The notes under the pieces are model-generated. The model ran no database searches. It was not told the DNA's origin and was given only the letters and a program-made list of their open reading frames with translations. Source: Candidatus Latescibacterota bacterium (GTDB taxonomy: Bacteria; Latescibacterota; UBA2968). Taken from it: 64,000 nucleotides of DNA. Where the stretch lies: contig OZ242311.1 of NCBI GenBank assembly GCA_965207885.1, positions 3,776,001-3,840,000 of the forward strand, read 5' to 3'. How positions within the stretch are numbered: the first letter of the stretch is position 1; each line of letters opens with the position of its first letter. Below, in pieces: positions 29,873-38,832 of the stretch. The translations under genes were made by a program, and so were the position numbers.

Positions 29873-31150
29873 ATGAACAAAGACACTGCATTTCAAATGG
29901 GAGCCTCAAACCTGCGTTTTGGGGTGGGAACAACGCGAGAGATCGGCATGGATCTGTCCGACATGGGCCTTGAGCGCGTCCTCGTCATCACCGATCCCAA
30001 CCTCGTTGATCTCCCCCCCGTTCAAACCGCGAGAGAGAGCCTCGAATCTGAAGGCATAGAATACGATCTGTTCGATCGCGTCCGCGTGGAACCCACAGAT
30101 ATCTCCTTCAAAGACGCCATCGCAGTCGCCACAGAAGGTGCTTACGAAGGCTATGTCGCCATCGGGGGCGGTTCATCTATCGACACTGCAAAAGCGGCCA
30201 ATCTATTTGCAACCTATCCCGACGACTTCTTCGCCTATATCAACGCGCCCATCGGCCAGGGCAAACCCGTTCCCGGCCCCGTCAAACCCCTCTTTGCCAT
30301 ACCCACCACAGCCGGCACGGGAAGTGAAACCACGGGCGTAGCCATTATGGACCTCTCTGACCGCCACGTCAAAACCGGCATTGCACACCGCTATCTCAAA
30401 CCCGACCTCGCCATCGTCGATCCCGAAAACACGCGCACCATGCCGCCTTCTATCGCGGCAGCAACCGGCCTCGATGTCCTTTGCCACGCCCTCGAATCCT
30501 TTACCGCCATCCCCTATACCGAACGCCCCAGACCCAATCGCCCAATCGAACGCCCCGCCTATCAGGGCGCCAATCCCATTTCCGACCTGTGGGCACTCAA
30601 AGCCATTGAAATGACCACGCAATACCTGCCCCGCGCGGTTCGCAACCCCGATGATGACGAAGCCCGCGCGCAAATGATCCTCGCTGCATCGCTCGCCGGC
30701 ATCGGCTTTGGCAATGCAGGCGTTCACCTCTGTCACGGTATGTCGTATCCCGTATCGGGTATGGTGCGGGACTTCAAACCCAAAGGCATGATCACGGACC
30801 ATGCCATTATCCCACACGGCATGTCCGTCGTCCTCAACGCCCCTCCCGTCTTTCGCTTCACAGGGCCCGCGCGACCAGACCGCCACCTTCGGGCTGCCCA
30901 GATCATGGGCGCTGATATCTCCAACGCATCTCCCGACGAAGCGGGCCACATTCTCGCCGATCAAATCGTAGCTATGATGAAGCAACTCGAAGTGCCCAAT
31001 GGTCTGTCAGCAATCGGCTTCACCGAAAGCGACATTCCCGCACTCGTCGAAGGCACCCTCCCCCAACACCGCGTCACCAAACTCTCACCGCGCCCCGCAG
31101 AAGCCGAAGACCTAAAAGCCTTGTTCAAAGATGCAATGATCGCATGGTAA
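29873..31150 (+). CDS. Hydroxyacid-oxoacid transhydrogenase (Fe-ADH family, ADHFE1-like)
   Basis: 'VRVEPTD.SF', 'GGGSSIDTAK', 'PTTAGTGSETTG', 'RPAYQGANPISD', 'GVHLCHGMSYP', 'PHG', 'GTLPQHRVTKLSP'. Confidence 0.9.
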   Translation: MNKDTAFQMGASNLRFGVGTTREIGMDLSDMGLERVLVITDPNLVDLPPVQTARESLESEGIEYDLFDRVRVEPTDISFKDAIAVATEGAYEGYVAIGGGSSIDTAKAANLFATYPDDFFAYINAPIGQGKPVPGPVKPLFAIPTTAGTGSETTGVAIMDLSDRHVKTGIAHRYLKPDLAIVDPENTRTMPPSIAAATGLDVLCHALESFTAIPYTERPRPNRPIERPAYQGANPISDLWALKAIEMTTQYLPRAVRNPDDDEARAQMILAASLAGIGFGNAGVHLCHGMSYPVSGMVRDFKPKGMITDHAIIPHGMSVVLNAPPVFRFTGPARPDRHLRAAQIMGADISNASPDEAGHILADQIVAMMKQLEVPNGLSAIGFTESDIPALVEGTLPQHRVTKLSPRPAEAEDLKALFKDAMIAW

Positions 31151-31157
31151 TCAAAGG

Positions 31158-31186
31158 TTGCCATTCTGTTTCCGAAATATTATGAT
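31158..31186 (+). promoter_or_regulatory. Sigma70-type promoter
   Basis: TTGCCA, 17 bp, TATGAT upstream of the symporter. Confidence 0.6.
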
Positions 31187-31233
31187 GTAAGCACCAACAG
31201 CATTGATATACAGGCATAACAGGAGGGGGTTTC

Positions 31234-33117
31234 GTGGACGCTAAACTAATCTGGCTTTTTGCTTTTGTGGGACTTTACTGGGCATACTGTCTCTTCTGGG
31301 GTGTCAGAGGCGCCATTTCCTCACGCACATCAACCGACTACTTCGTGGCCGGGCGCACCATTGGCTTATGGGTATTTGTTCTCGCGGCCACCGCCACCAG
31401 CTTTTCCGGCTGGACCTTTGTAGGGCACCCCGGCAAAATCCTCATCGATGGCCTGCCCTACGCATTCGCTTCCTTCTATGCCCTCACAATTCCCTTTACC
31501 GGCGTGCTCTTTTTGCGCCGCCAATGGGTTGTTGGTCGAGCTTTTGAACACATTACCCCCGGCGAAATGTACACCACCTATTACGGTGGCAATGCCATGC
31601 GCCTGCTCACAGTTCTCGTCGCCTTCCTCTTTTCAGTACCTTATCTCGGGGTACAACTTCGCGCCTCTGGTGACCTCTTCCACGTACTCACCGACGGCAT
31701 GATCGGCATTGAAATTGGCATGTTTGCCCTCTCTGCCATTGTTATGATCTACGTCGCATCCGGCGGTCTTCGATCCGTAGCCTATGTTGACTGTGCCCAG
31801 TGCATCTTGCTCGCCCTCGGCATTGTCATCCTCGGTGGCATCGCCATCAGCTTTGCAGGGGGTTGGGGCGGTTTTACCGACGGTCTTGCAAATTATGTCA
31901 AACAAGACCTCGCATCGGGACAAAAACTCACCCCCGCTGGCCACTCAAACATCGTAGCGATGCCGGGAACGATCCAGGCCGTAGCTTCAGGGGCAGAAGC
32001 ACAGGGCAGCGTGTGGACCGGCATGATGTGCCTCACCTACATGTTCGCGCTCATGGGCATCCAATCCTCACCCGCCTTTTCCATGTGGTGCTTTTCCAAC
32101 AAAACCAGCGAGCCCTTCCGCTGGCAGCAAGTCGTGGCATCCTCGATTATCATCGGCATCATCCTCTTCTCCTTCACCATCTTTCAGGGTATTGGGGGCA
32201 ACATCCTCATTGCAAACGGCATCTTTGAATCCGCCAATGACAAAAACCTCGTCCCCCAACTCATCAACCTGCTCACCGACTCAGCACCATGGCTCGTTGG
32301 CCTGCTCGCGGTTTGTGCCCTCGCAGCAATGCAATCCACAGGTGCTGCCTACATGTCCACCTTCTCGGGCATGGTCACCCGCGATCTCTACAAACAATAC
32401 GTCGCCCCCGACGCATCGGACAGCGTGCAAAAACTCTGTGGGCGCATCTTCGTCATCGTCGTCACAGTGGTCGCGCTATTCGTCGCCGCGCAATTCACCG
32501 GCGCCATCGTCATGCTCGGCGGCCTGGCCGTTGCCTACGGCTTCCAGATGTACCCGGCTCTCATGGGCGTGTGTTACTTTCCCTGGCTCACCCGCAAAGG
32601 CGTGGTCTGGGGCCTTGTTGCCGGCCTGATTGCCGTCACTCTGACTGATCGCACAGTGGCCGTATTTGGACTGCCCTGGGGCGCATTCCCCCTCACCATT
32701 CACAGCGCGGGCTGGGGCATTTTCGCCAACCTGATCATTGCCCTGTTCGTCTCAAAATTTGCCTCAGAAAACAACGGAGAACGCGAAAAACGCGAAAAAC
32801 ATCACGCCTTCATCCAGGCCGTCTCTGGCCTCACCGAAGACCAGAAGAAATGGGTGACACCGGCGTGGATCCTCACAGTTTTGTGGTTCCTCGTTGGATT
32901 CGGGCCTTTTGCCACGATTGGCAACACCCTCTTTTCCGATCCCAATACCCCGGCCACATGGGCGCCTTTTGGTTTGCCCTCGCTCTGGGTCTGGCAACTC
33001 CTCATGCTGATCTTTGGTATCTTTGTCATGTGGATGCTCGCCTTCAAAGTCGGCCTCTCAAAGCCCGTTCCCATTGAAGATGTAACCTCGCAACGCAAAG
33101 CGTTTTTTGAAAAATAA
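31234..33117 (+). CDS. Sodium:solute symporter family protein
   Basis: 'DYFVAGR', 'TSFSGWTFVG.PG', 'GGLRSVAYVD', 'AAMQST', 'RDLY'. Many TM helices. Confidence 0.92.
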   Translation: MDAKLIWLFAFVGLYWAYCLFWGVRGAISSRTSTDYFVAGRTIGLWVFVLAATATSFSGWTFVGHPGKILIDGLPYAFASFYALTIPFTGVLFLRRQWVVGRAFEHITPGEMYTTYYGGNAMRLLTVLVAFLFSVPYLGVQLRASGDLFHVLTDGMIGIEIGMFALSAIVMIYVASGGLRSVAYVDCAQCILLALGIVILGGIAISFAGGWGGFTDGLANYVKQDLASGQKLTPAGHSNIVAMPGTIQAVASGAEAQGSVWTGMMCLTYMFALMGIQSSPAFSMWCFSNKTSEPFRWQQVVASSIIIGIILFSFTIFQGIGGNILIANGIFESANDKNLVPQLINLLTDSAPWLVGLLAVCALAAMQSTGAAYMSTFSGMVTRDLYKQYVAPDASDSVQKLCGRIFVIVVTVVALFVAAQFTGAIVMLGGLAVAYGFQMYPALMGVCYFPWLTRKGVVWGLVAGLIAVTLTDRTVAVFGLPWGAFPLTIHSAGWGIFANLIIALFVSKFASENNGEREKREKHHAFIQAVSGLTEDQKKWVTPAWILTVLWFLVGFGPFATIGNTLFSDPNTPATWAPFGLPSLWVWQLLMLIFGIFVMWMLAFKVGLSKPVPIEDVTSQRKAFFEK

Positions 33118-33119
33118 AA

Positions 33120-33140
33120 CCCGGTGTAAAATCCACCGGG
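33120..33140. terminator. Hairpin between convergent genes
   Basis: CCCGGTG-N7-CACCGGG with an upstream A-tract. Confidence 0.55.
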
Positions 33141-33149
33141 CTAAATGGG

Positions 33150-34181
33150 TTATTCCCACAGGTCATCATCGAACCACACCCCAAAACCCGGTCCCTCACC
33201 TGGTGCCATTTTGCCATCCAGCACTTCCGGCTGATCGCGCACCCACGTCATCCAAGGACGTCCACTTTCAGCCAGTGGATCGGGATCAAGTGCGACAATC
33301 GCGTGCAGCGCCCACACCTCTCCCCCGCGATGCGGACACACCTCGACATCGTAATTCTTTGCCAACGCGTAAATTTTCACCAACTCTGTCAATCCCCCGC
33401 ACCAGCACACATCCGGTTGATAAATAGCGTGTAACCCCCTTTGCATCAGCGCCTCAAACCCACGCGCCGTATATTCGTGCTCGCCACTCGCGATGGGAAT
33501 GGGACTCTCGCGCATCAACCGTTCATAGCCGCCAAAATCCTCTGGCAAAAGCGGCTCTTCCAACCAGTCCAAATTGAACTCAGCCAACCGATCCGCAGCG
33601 CGCAACGTGCCCTCCACATCCCACCCCATTGACGCATCGCACATCAACTGGATATCGGTGCCAACAACTGACCGCACATCCGCAAAAAAATCAGCTATCG
33701 CATCCAATTCACTGTGGGGATCCATCCCGCCAATGCCAAATTTTAAAGCCTTATAACCCAGCGCGAGTGCGCCCTCAAGATCATCCCGAGACCACCCCGT
33801 GCGATACGACGGCACTGCCATTCGCGTTCCTCCCAGCACTTCGACAAGCGGTTTATTCGCCCGCTTGCCCCGTAAATCCCACAATGCCAAATCCACACCA
33901 CTAATCGCCATCATCGCAATCCCCTTGCGTCCATAAGCCGCGGTATGGCGATACATCGCATCCCACAACCCCTCGACATCCTCGGCATTCGCGCCGATCA
34001 AGACCTCGCGCAACACCGTCTGAACCACGTGAATACCCGCCGGACCGCCTCCACCAACACCGTATCCCGACAACCCATCATCCGTATCAATCCGCACCAG
34101 AATCTGTCCAATCGTTCCGCGCCAACCAGCAGGTGCGCGATCCGCCTCGGGCTGCACTGCGCGAACCTGTGTAATGATCAT
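33150..34181 (-). CDS. Mandelate racemase/enolase superfamily acid-sugar dehydratase (RhmD-like)
   Basis: 'AISGVDLALWDL.GK', 'KALK', metal ligands 'CDA', 'EEP', 'GEH', then 'QPD', 'PH'. AGGAG RBS. Confidence 0.88.
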   Translation of the reverse strand: MIITQVRAVQPEADRAPAGWRGTIGQILVRIDTDDGLSGYGVGGGGPAGIHVVQTVLREVLIGANAEDVEGLWDAMYRHTAAYGRKGIAMMAISGVDLALWDLRGKRANKPLVEVLGGTRMAVPSYRTGWSRDDLEGALALGYKALKFGIGGMDPHSELDAIADFFADVRSVVGTDIQLMCDASMGWDVEGTLRAADRLAEFNLDWLEEPLLPEDFGGYERLMRESPIPIASGEHEYTARGFEALMQRGLHAIYQPDVCWCGGLTELVKIYALAKNYDVEVCPHRGGEVWALHAIVALDPDPLAESGRPWMTWVRDQPEVLDGKMAPGEGPGFGVWFDDDLWE

Positions 34182-34223
34182 GTGAAATCTCCTATTTGAA
34201 ATAAAAAATAAACGTAGCAAAAT

Positions 34224-34251
34224 GACCACAGGTGTGGTCTTTATACCACAC
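34224..34251. promoter_or_regulatory. Putative operator (overlapping inverted repeats, GntR/FadR-like TGGT..ACCA core)
   Basis: GACCACA-GG-TGTGGTC (34224-34239) and GTGTGGT-CTTTAT-ACCACAC (34232-34251), about 45-70 bp upstream of the dehydratase start. Confidence 0.55.
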
Positions 34252-34413
34252 TTCGAGACTATCTACAGTGAAATACTGTACATTAATTTATAATGTAAAT
34301 ATCTATAAATAAATAACTTAAACAACGCTGTATCCCACACACAGACGAATAGGCACGAATTTTGATGTTATCACAGATGAAAAACCTGCTTACTGACACA
34401 AAAGTGGGATAAA

Positions 34414-35076
34414 ATGTACAAAAAAATACAAAAACTCCTTTTCGCGGGGCTGATTTCAATATGCTGTCCTGCAAACACGTATTGCCAAAAGGCCCATATC
34501 GGATTTGGATTGGGGACGGGTGTTTCATTCCCCGTGATGAACCAAACCATATCTCCTTTTGACATGATAGGTGCATTATTTAATGACGAAAGCAGCAGCA
34601 TCTCTTTTCATCTCGACAGCATTCAAATGGGACCTGTTGTAAACGGCGAGTTCTTTATCGGGAATGAACAGATAGATCTGGTTTTATACGGATCTTGTTT
34701 TCCCATGCCACAAAGACAGGTGCAGAGTACTCAGGAATCCCGTATATTTAATTCTGGAGGTTGGTTAAGTTCATTCCTCCTCGAATTGAGGTATAAAATT
34801 TTAATCAATAAGCCATTTGCACCGTATTGGAATGCTGGGCTGGGTGCCTTTCATTTTCGTCCCAATGATCATCGCAATATATCCTCAGACATGTATTTTG
34901 ACATCGTAGTTGGGGTAGGCAGCGAATTTGTTCCCCTAAAAAAAGATATTCGTTTCTTCACTGAAATCCGTTTTCAACTTATGCCTTATCGAATTGAAAA
35001 AGAAGATATTGCCGACGAAATAACAGGCACAGTAAATTTTACTTTTGGATGTCGATTTTGGCTCCTTTCCAACTGA
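34414..35076 (+). CDS. Hypothetical outer-membrane beta-barrel-like protein, AT-rich
   Basis: Signal-like N-terminus, 'PYWNAGLG', 'FFTEIRF', 'FTFGCRF'. Confidence 0.55.
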   Translation: MYKKIQKLLFAGLISICCPANTYCQKAHIGFGLGTGVSFPVMNQTISPFDMIGALFNDESSSISFHLDSIQMGPVVNGEFFIGNEQIDLVLYGSCFPMPQRQVQSTQESRIFNSGGWLSSFLLELRYKILINKPFAPYWNAGLGAFHFRPNDHRNISSDMYFDIVVGVGSEFVPLKKDIRFFTEIRFQLMPYRIEKEDIADEITGTVNFTFGCRFWLLSN

Positions 35077-35090
35077 CTTGGAGAAATATA

Positions 35091-35837
35091 ATGGATAAAA
35101 CAATCAGACGCACGCCTGATGGAAAGCCCGAAAGGCGCACACCCGATGAAATGCTGCGCGATGCCGTGTCAGACGATACCGATATTCCCGGCAAAGGCAA
35201 GCCACTCGATTTAAAAGCGTATTTTCGCCCTGATGCGGAACATCGCATGGCGGGTAAAATCCTGCGCGACAACAATGTGCTTCCCGCACACCTCCAGGAG
35301 CGCAAAGACGCGGAAGAACACCTCAAAAATGCCGACGAGCACCTGCAACGCGCAACCGAAAAAATCGCGCCGTTGCAAAAAGCAATTCGCCCCCTTGCAC
35401 AAACACTCATCCGCACATTTTCCTACGACAAAGAAATGTGCGAAGCACTTGGCCTGAATGCACTCCCCGAAAATTTTCATCCTGACGCGGAAACGCCGCC
35501 TGCGAGCGTATCTGATCTCCTGGGGACCATCAGCACCTTTGACCAATTGTGCAAACAATACAATGCACGGGTGCGCGACCTGACATACCGCTACCTCGAA
35601 AACCTGCGCCTCGCGCACGAAAATATCGAAGCCAGCAAAAAGCGGCAACTCGTCAACCGCTCGCTTTTGCCAGCTTATGCACCCATTGCCAAAGTCGATA
35701 TCGAAGCGCAAAAAGAATACATACAAACGCGTTTCCCCCTCCTGCCCGAACGCCCACGCGACTGGGAATCGCGGCTCAAAACATGGCTGCGGTCTCAAAA
35801 GCCAACTCTCTGGCACCGCATGTTCAGATCCACCTGA
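35091..35837 (+). CDS. DUF1992 / DnaJ-C28-like domain protein
   Basis: 'DIPGKGKPLDL', 'RMAGKILRDNNVLP', coiled coil. GGAG RBS. Confidence 0.75.
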   Translation: MDKTIRRTPDGKPERRTPDEMLRDAVSDDTDIPGKGKPLDLKAYFRPDAEHRMAGKILRDNNVLPAHLQERKDAEEHLKNADEHLQRATEKIAPLQKAIRPLAQTLIRTFSYDKEMCEALGLNALPENFHPDAETPPASVSDLLGTISTFDQLCKQYNARVRDLTYRYLENLRLAHENIEASKKRQLVNRSLLPAYAPIAKVDIEAQKEYIQTRFPLLPERPRDWESRLKTWLRSQKPTLWHRMFRST

Positions 35838-35923
35838 TCCACTCCTATCTTGTCTTGACGCATTTGCCAAATTCTTGTAATTTATAAGTAAGTAAACACT
35901 TCCTTTTTATCAGGAGTTGATCT

Positions 35924-38221
35924 GTGGCAAACGCTTCCGAGATAAATCTTCTGGAATTCCCTCCGCAGCACATTTTGGATGGCCTTATTCCATCGCACGA
36001 AACGGTCCAATTATCGGCCAGTACCGACATCCGTCTCGATGGCACGTATGGCATCGCTTATCTCCTCGCCACAGACAAACACTTGTTCGCAATTAGCCCC
36101 AACGGCGATTCGACACCACACACAGAGCGCATCCCGCTTTCAGAAATTACCAATCTCGAAGTCAAAGACCTGTTCGGCAACAGCTTACTCAAAGTCCGCA
36201 CCGGAACCACAGGTGCCACACTCGCGCGATTTACCAAAGGCCATAACCAGAAATTCAATCGAATAACGCACCGACTTGAAGCCCTTGTAAAAGACGCGCG
36301 CAAAACCGAAGACAAAATCGCAAAAGGCCAACTTGGGCGCGCGATTTCGGGCAGACGGTGCGACGTGTGCGGCACAATCATTTCGCGCAGGGTGGGAGTT
36401 TGCACCAACTGCCTCGACACCCGCAAACTGCTGTATCGCTTGCTCGCCTACGCGCGTCCCTACTGGAAGCTCGGAACTCTGAGCCTTGCCCTGCTCCTCA
36501 CCTCGACCTTTATTGGCCTTACCCCACCGCTTTTGATGCGCGACCTCATCGATGGCGTACTCGCACCTTCAGCAACATATGAAACGACCTTCTTCCGCGA
36601 CATCACAAACAGCATATTTGGGATACCTACCGGATACCAAATCCTCTATTTCCTCGTGGGCCTGCTCCTGCTGATCAACCTCTCACAATCGGGCCTTCGC
36701 GCCATACGCTCGTATATCCTGTCCGTTCTTGGACAGAAAATCACCTATAACCTCAGGAATGAGGTCTATCAGCACCTCCACCGCCATTCTCTCAGCTTCT
36801 ACAACGAACGCGAAACTGGCACCATTATGGCCAGCATCACCCAGGATGTGGGCCGCCTGCAAGATTTTATCAGCGATGGCCTCCAAGAAATTATCCGCGA
36901 CATCGTTACCATCGCCTTTATATGCGGCATTCTATTTTGGCTCAATGTCAAACTCGCCACCCTCGTCTTAATCCCCACACCCTTCCTGATTATCGCAACC
37001 CTCAAATTTGGTCACCGCCTGCATCGCACCTATCGCGGCCTGTTTCGGCGTTGGGCGGCCATCAGCGCACTCCTTGCCGACACCATTCCCGGCGTGCGCG
37101 TGGTCAAAGCCTTTGCACAGGAAAAACGCGAAGTGGGTAAATTTCAGACGCGCAGCGAAGACCTCCTCAAGGGCGAAATCAAAATTGCGGGCATCCGCAG
37201 CATCTTCAGCCCCGTCATGGCTTTTATTACATCTATCGGAACGCTGATTATATGGCTCGTGGGGGGCTCCTCGGTTCTCGACGGCGCTTTGACCCTGGGC
37301 AACTTTGTGGCATTTACGCAGTACATGTGGCGTTTTTACGGCCCGGTTGAAAGCCTCTGCCGCCTCAACCACCGCTTCCAGCGAGCCGCATCTTCTGCCG
37401 AACGGGTCTTTGAAGTGCTCGACACACAGCCCGACGTAACCGACAGGCGCTCCGCATACGCCATGCCCGCAATTGAAGGGCGCATCCAATTTGACGACGT
37501 GACATTTTCTTACGAAACCGACAAACCCGTTCTTAAAAATCTCAATTTTACCGTTGAACCTGGCGAAATGATCGGCCTTGCCGGGCATTCTGGCGCGGGC
37601 AAAAGCACCCTGATCAACCTGATTTGCAGATTTTACGACATTGAGGACGGCGCGATTTTAATCGACGGACGCGATATCCGCGATGTCACCCTCAAATCCC
37701 TGCGCGATCAGATCGGCGTCGTTCTGCAAGACCCCTTTCTCTTCAATGGACCCATAGCCGAGAACATCGCTTATGGCAACCCCGATGCGTCACTCGATGA
37801 AATCGTCGCAGCCGCCAAAACAGCCAATGCCCACGAATTTATCCTCCGCCTGCCCGATAGTTACGACACACCCGTAGGTGAACGCGGCGTTCGGCTCTCG
37901 GGCGGCGAGAGACAACGCATCTCCATTGCGCGTGCGATCCTGCGAAACCCGCGCATTCTCATTCTCGATGAAGCCACCTCCAGCATGGATACCGAGACAG
38001 AATCGCAGATCCAGGAAGCCCTTTACAGACTCGTGCAAGGGCGCACGACATTTGCCATAGCCCATCGCCTCTCCACGCTCAAACACGCAGACCGCCTCTT
38101 CATCATCGACAAGGGCGAACTCGCCGAGATGGGATCACACGCCGAACTCATCGCCTATGATGGCATTTACGCGCGTCTTTGCCGCATGCAAACCGAACTG
38201 TCCAAACTCCGCGCGTGGTAG
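35924..38221 (+). CDS. ABC transporter fused permease/ATPase with N-terminal extension and Zn-ribbon
   Basis: 'CDVCG...CTNC', TMD, 'GHSGAGKST', 'LSGGERQR', 'LDEATS', 'AHRLST'. TTGACG-17-TAATTT promoter at 35855-35883. Confidence 0.93.
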   Translation: MANASEINLLEFPPQHILDGLIPSHETVQLSASTDIRLDGTYGIAYLLATDKHLFAISPNGDSTPHTERIPLSEITNLEVKDLFGNSLLKVRTGTTGATLARFTKGHNQKFNRITHRLEALVKDARKTEDKIAKGQLGRAISGRRCDVCGTIISRRVGVCTNCLDTRKLLYRLLAYARPYWKLGTLSLALLLTSTFIGLTPPLLMRDLIDGVLAPSATYETTFFRDITNSIFGIPTGYQILYFLVGLLLLINLSQSGLRAIRSYILSVLGQKITYNLRNEVYQHLHRHSLSFYNERETGTIMASITQDVGRLQDFISDGLQEIIRDIVTIAFICGILFWLNVKLATLVLIPTPFLIIATLKFGHRLHRTYRGLFRRWAAISALLADTIPGVRVVKAFAQEKREVGKFQTRSEDLLKGEIKIAGIRSIFSPVMAFITSIGTLIIWLVGGSSVLDGALTLGNFVAFTQYMWRFYGPVESLCRLNHRFQRAASSAERVFEVLDTQPDVTDRRSAYAMPAIEGRIQFDDVTFSYETDKPVLKNLNFTVEPGEMIGLAGHSGAGKSTLINLICRFYDIEDGAILIDGRDIRDVTLKSLRDQIGVVLQDPFLFNGPIAENIAYGNPDASLDEIVAAAKTANAHEFILRLPDSYDTPVGERGVRLSGGERQRISIARAILRNPRILILDEATSSMDTETESQIQEALYRLVQGRTTFAIAHRLSTLKHADRLFIIDKGELAEMGSHAELIAYDGIYARLCRMQTELSKLRAW

Positions 38222-38238
38222 CGAATAAAGGTATATAA

Positions 38239-38748
38239 ATGTCTTCACTCCCAAACCTGACCGGCGACCTCTCCCTTCTCCCGCCCCGCGACATTCGCCT
38301 GTATCTCGACGATTTTGACGATCTCACACTCGACCTGCGCGGTGAAATCCACGAGCGGATTGGTGTACAGCGCGCTTTCCCCCTCAACGCGTCCACAAAA
38401 TTTATCGTGCTACAAAATCCAGATGGCAGCGAAATAGGCATAGTGCGCGACATGGTCGATCTCACCCCAGACAGCCGAGATGCATTGGAAATAGCACTCG
38501 AACAGGCATATTTTATGCCGCGCATTCTAAAAATAAATAGCATTGTTTCCAATTTTCACGTCCCCACATGGGATGTGGAAACAGATCGCGGGCATCGCGT
38601 ATTTGAAATCCCCAGCAGCAAACGCGACGTGCGCGTAATTGACGACGTGCGCGTGATCTTGCGAGACGCCGATGGCAATCGCTATGAGATCGTAGATTAC
38701 CGCCGCCTCGACCCCGATAGCATTACATTTGTAGAAACCATTGTTTGA
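38239..38748 (+). CDS. DUF1854 family protein
   Basis: 'RAFPL', 'EIG', 'YFMPRI..I', 'WDVETDRG', 'DADGNRY.I.D..LD..S'. Directly follows the ABC gene. Confidence 0.85.
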   Translation: MSSLPNLTGDLSLLPPRDIRLYLDDFDDLTLDLRGEIHERIGVQRAFPLNASTKFIVLQNPDGSEIGIVRDMVDLTPDSRDALEIALEQAYFMPRILKINSIVSNFHVPTWDVETDRGHRVFEIPSSKRDVRVIDDVRVILRDADGNRYEIVDYRRLDPDSITFVETIV

Positions 38749-38832
38749 AACTTCTATCTGAGGAACAATTGCACTGCTATTTTCGTCAAAACCAAAATGA
38801 ATTGACGCGTTTATTCGCAGAAAGGAGGAGGC

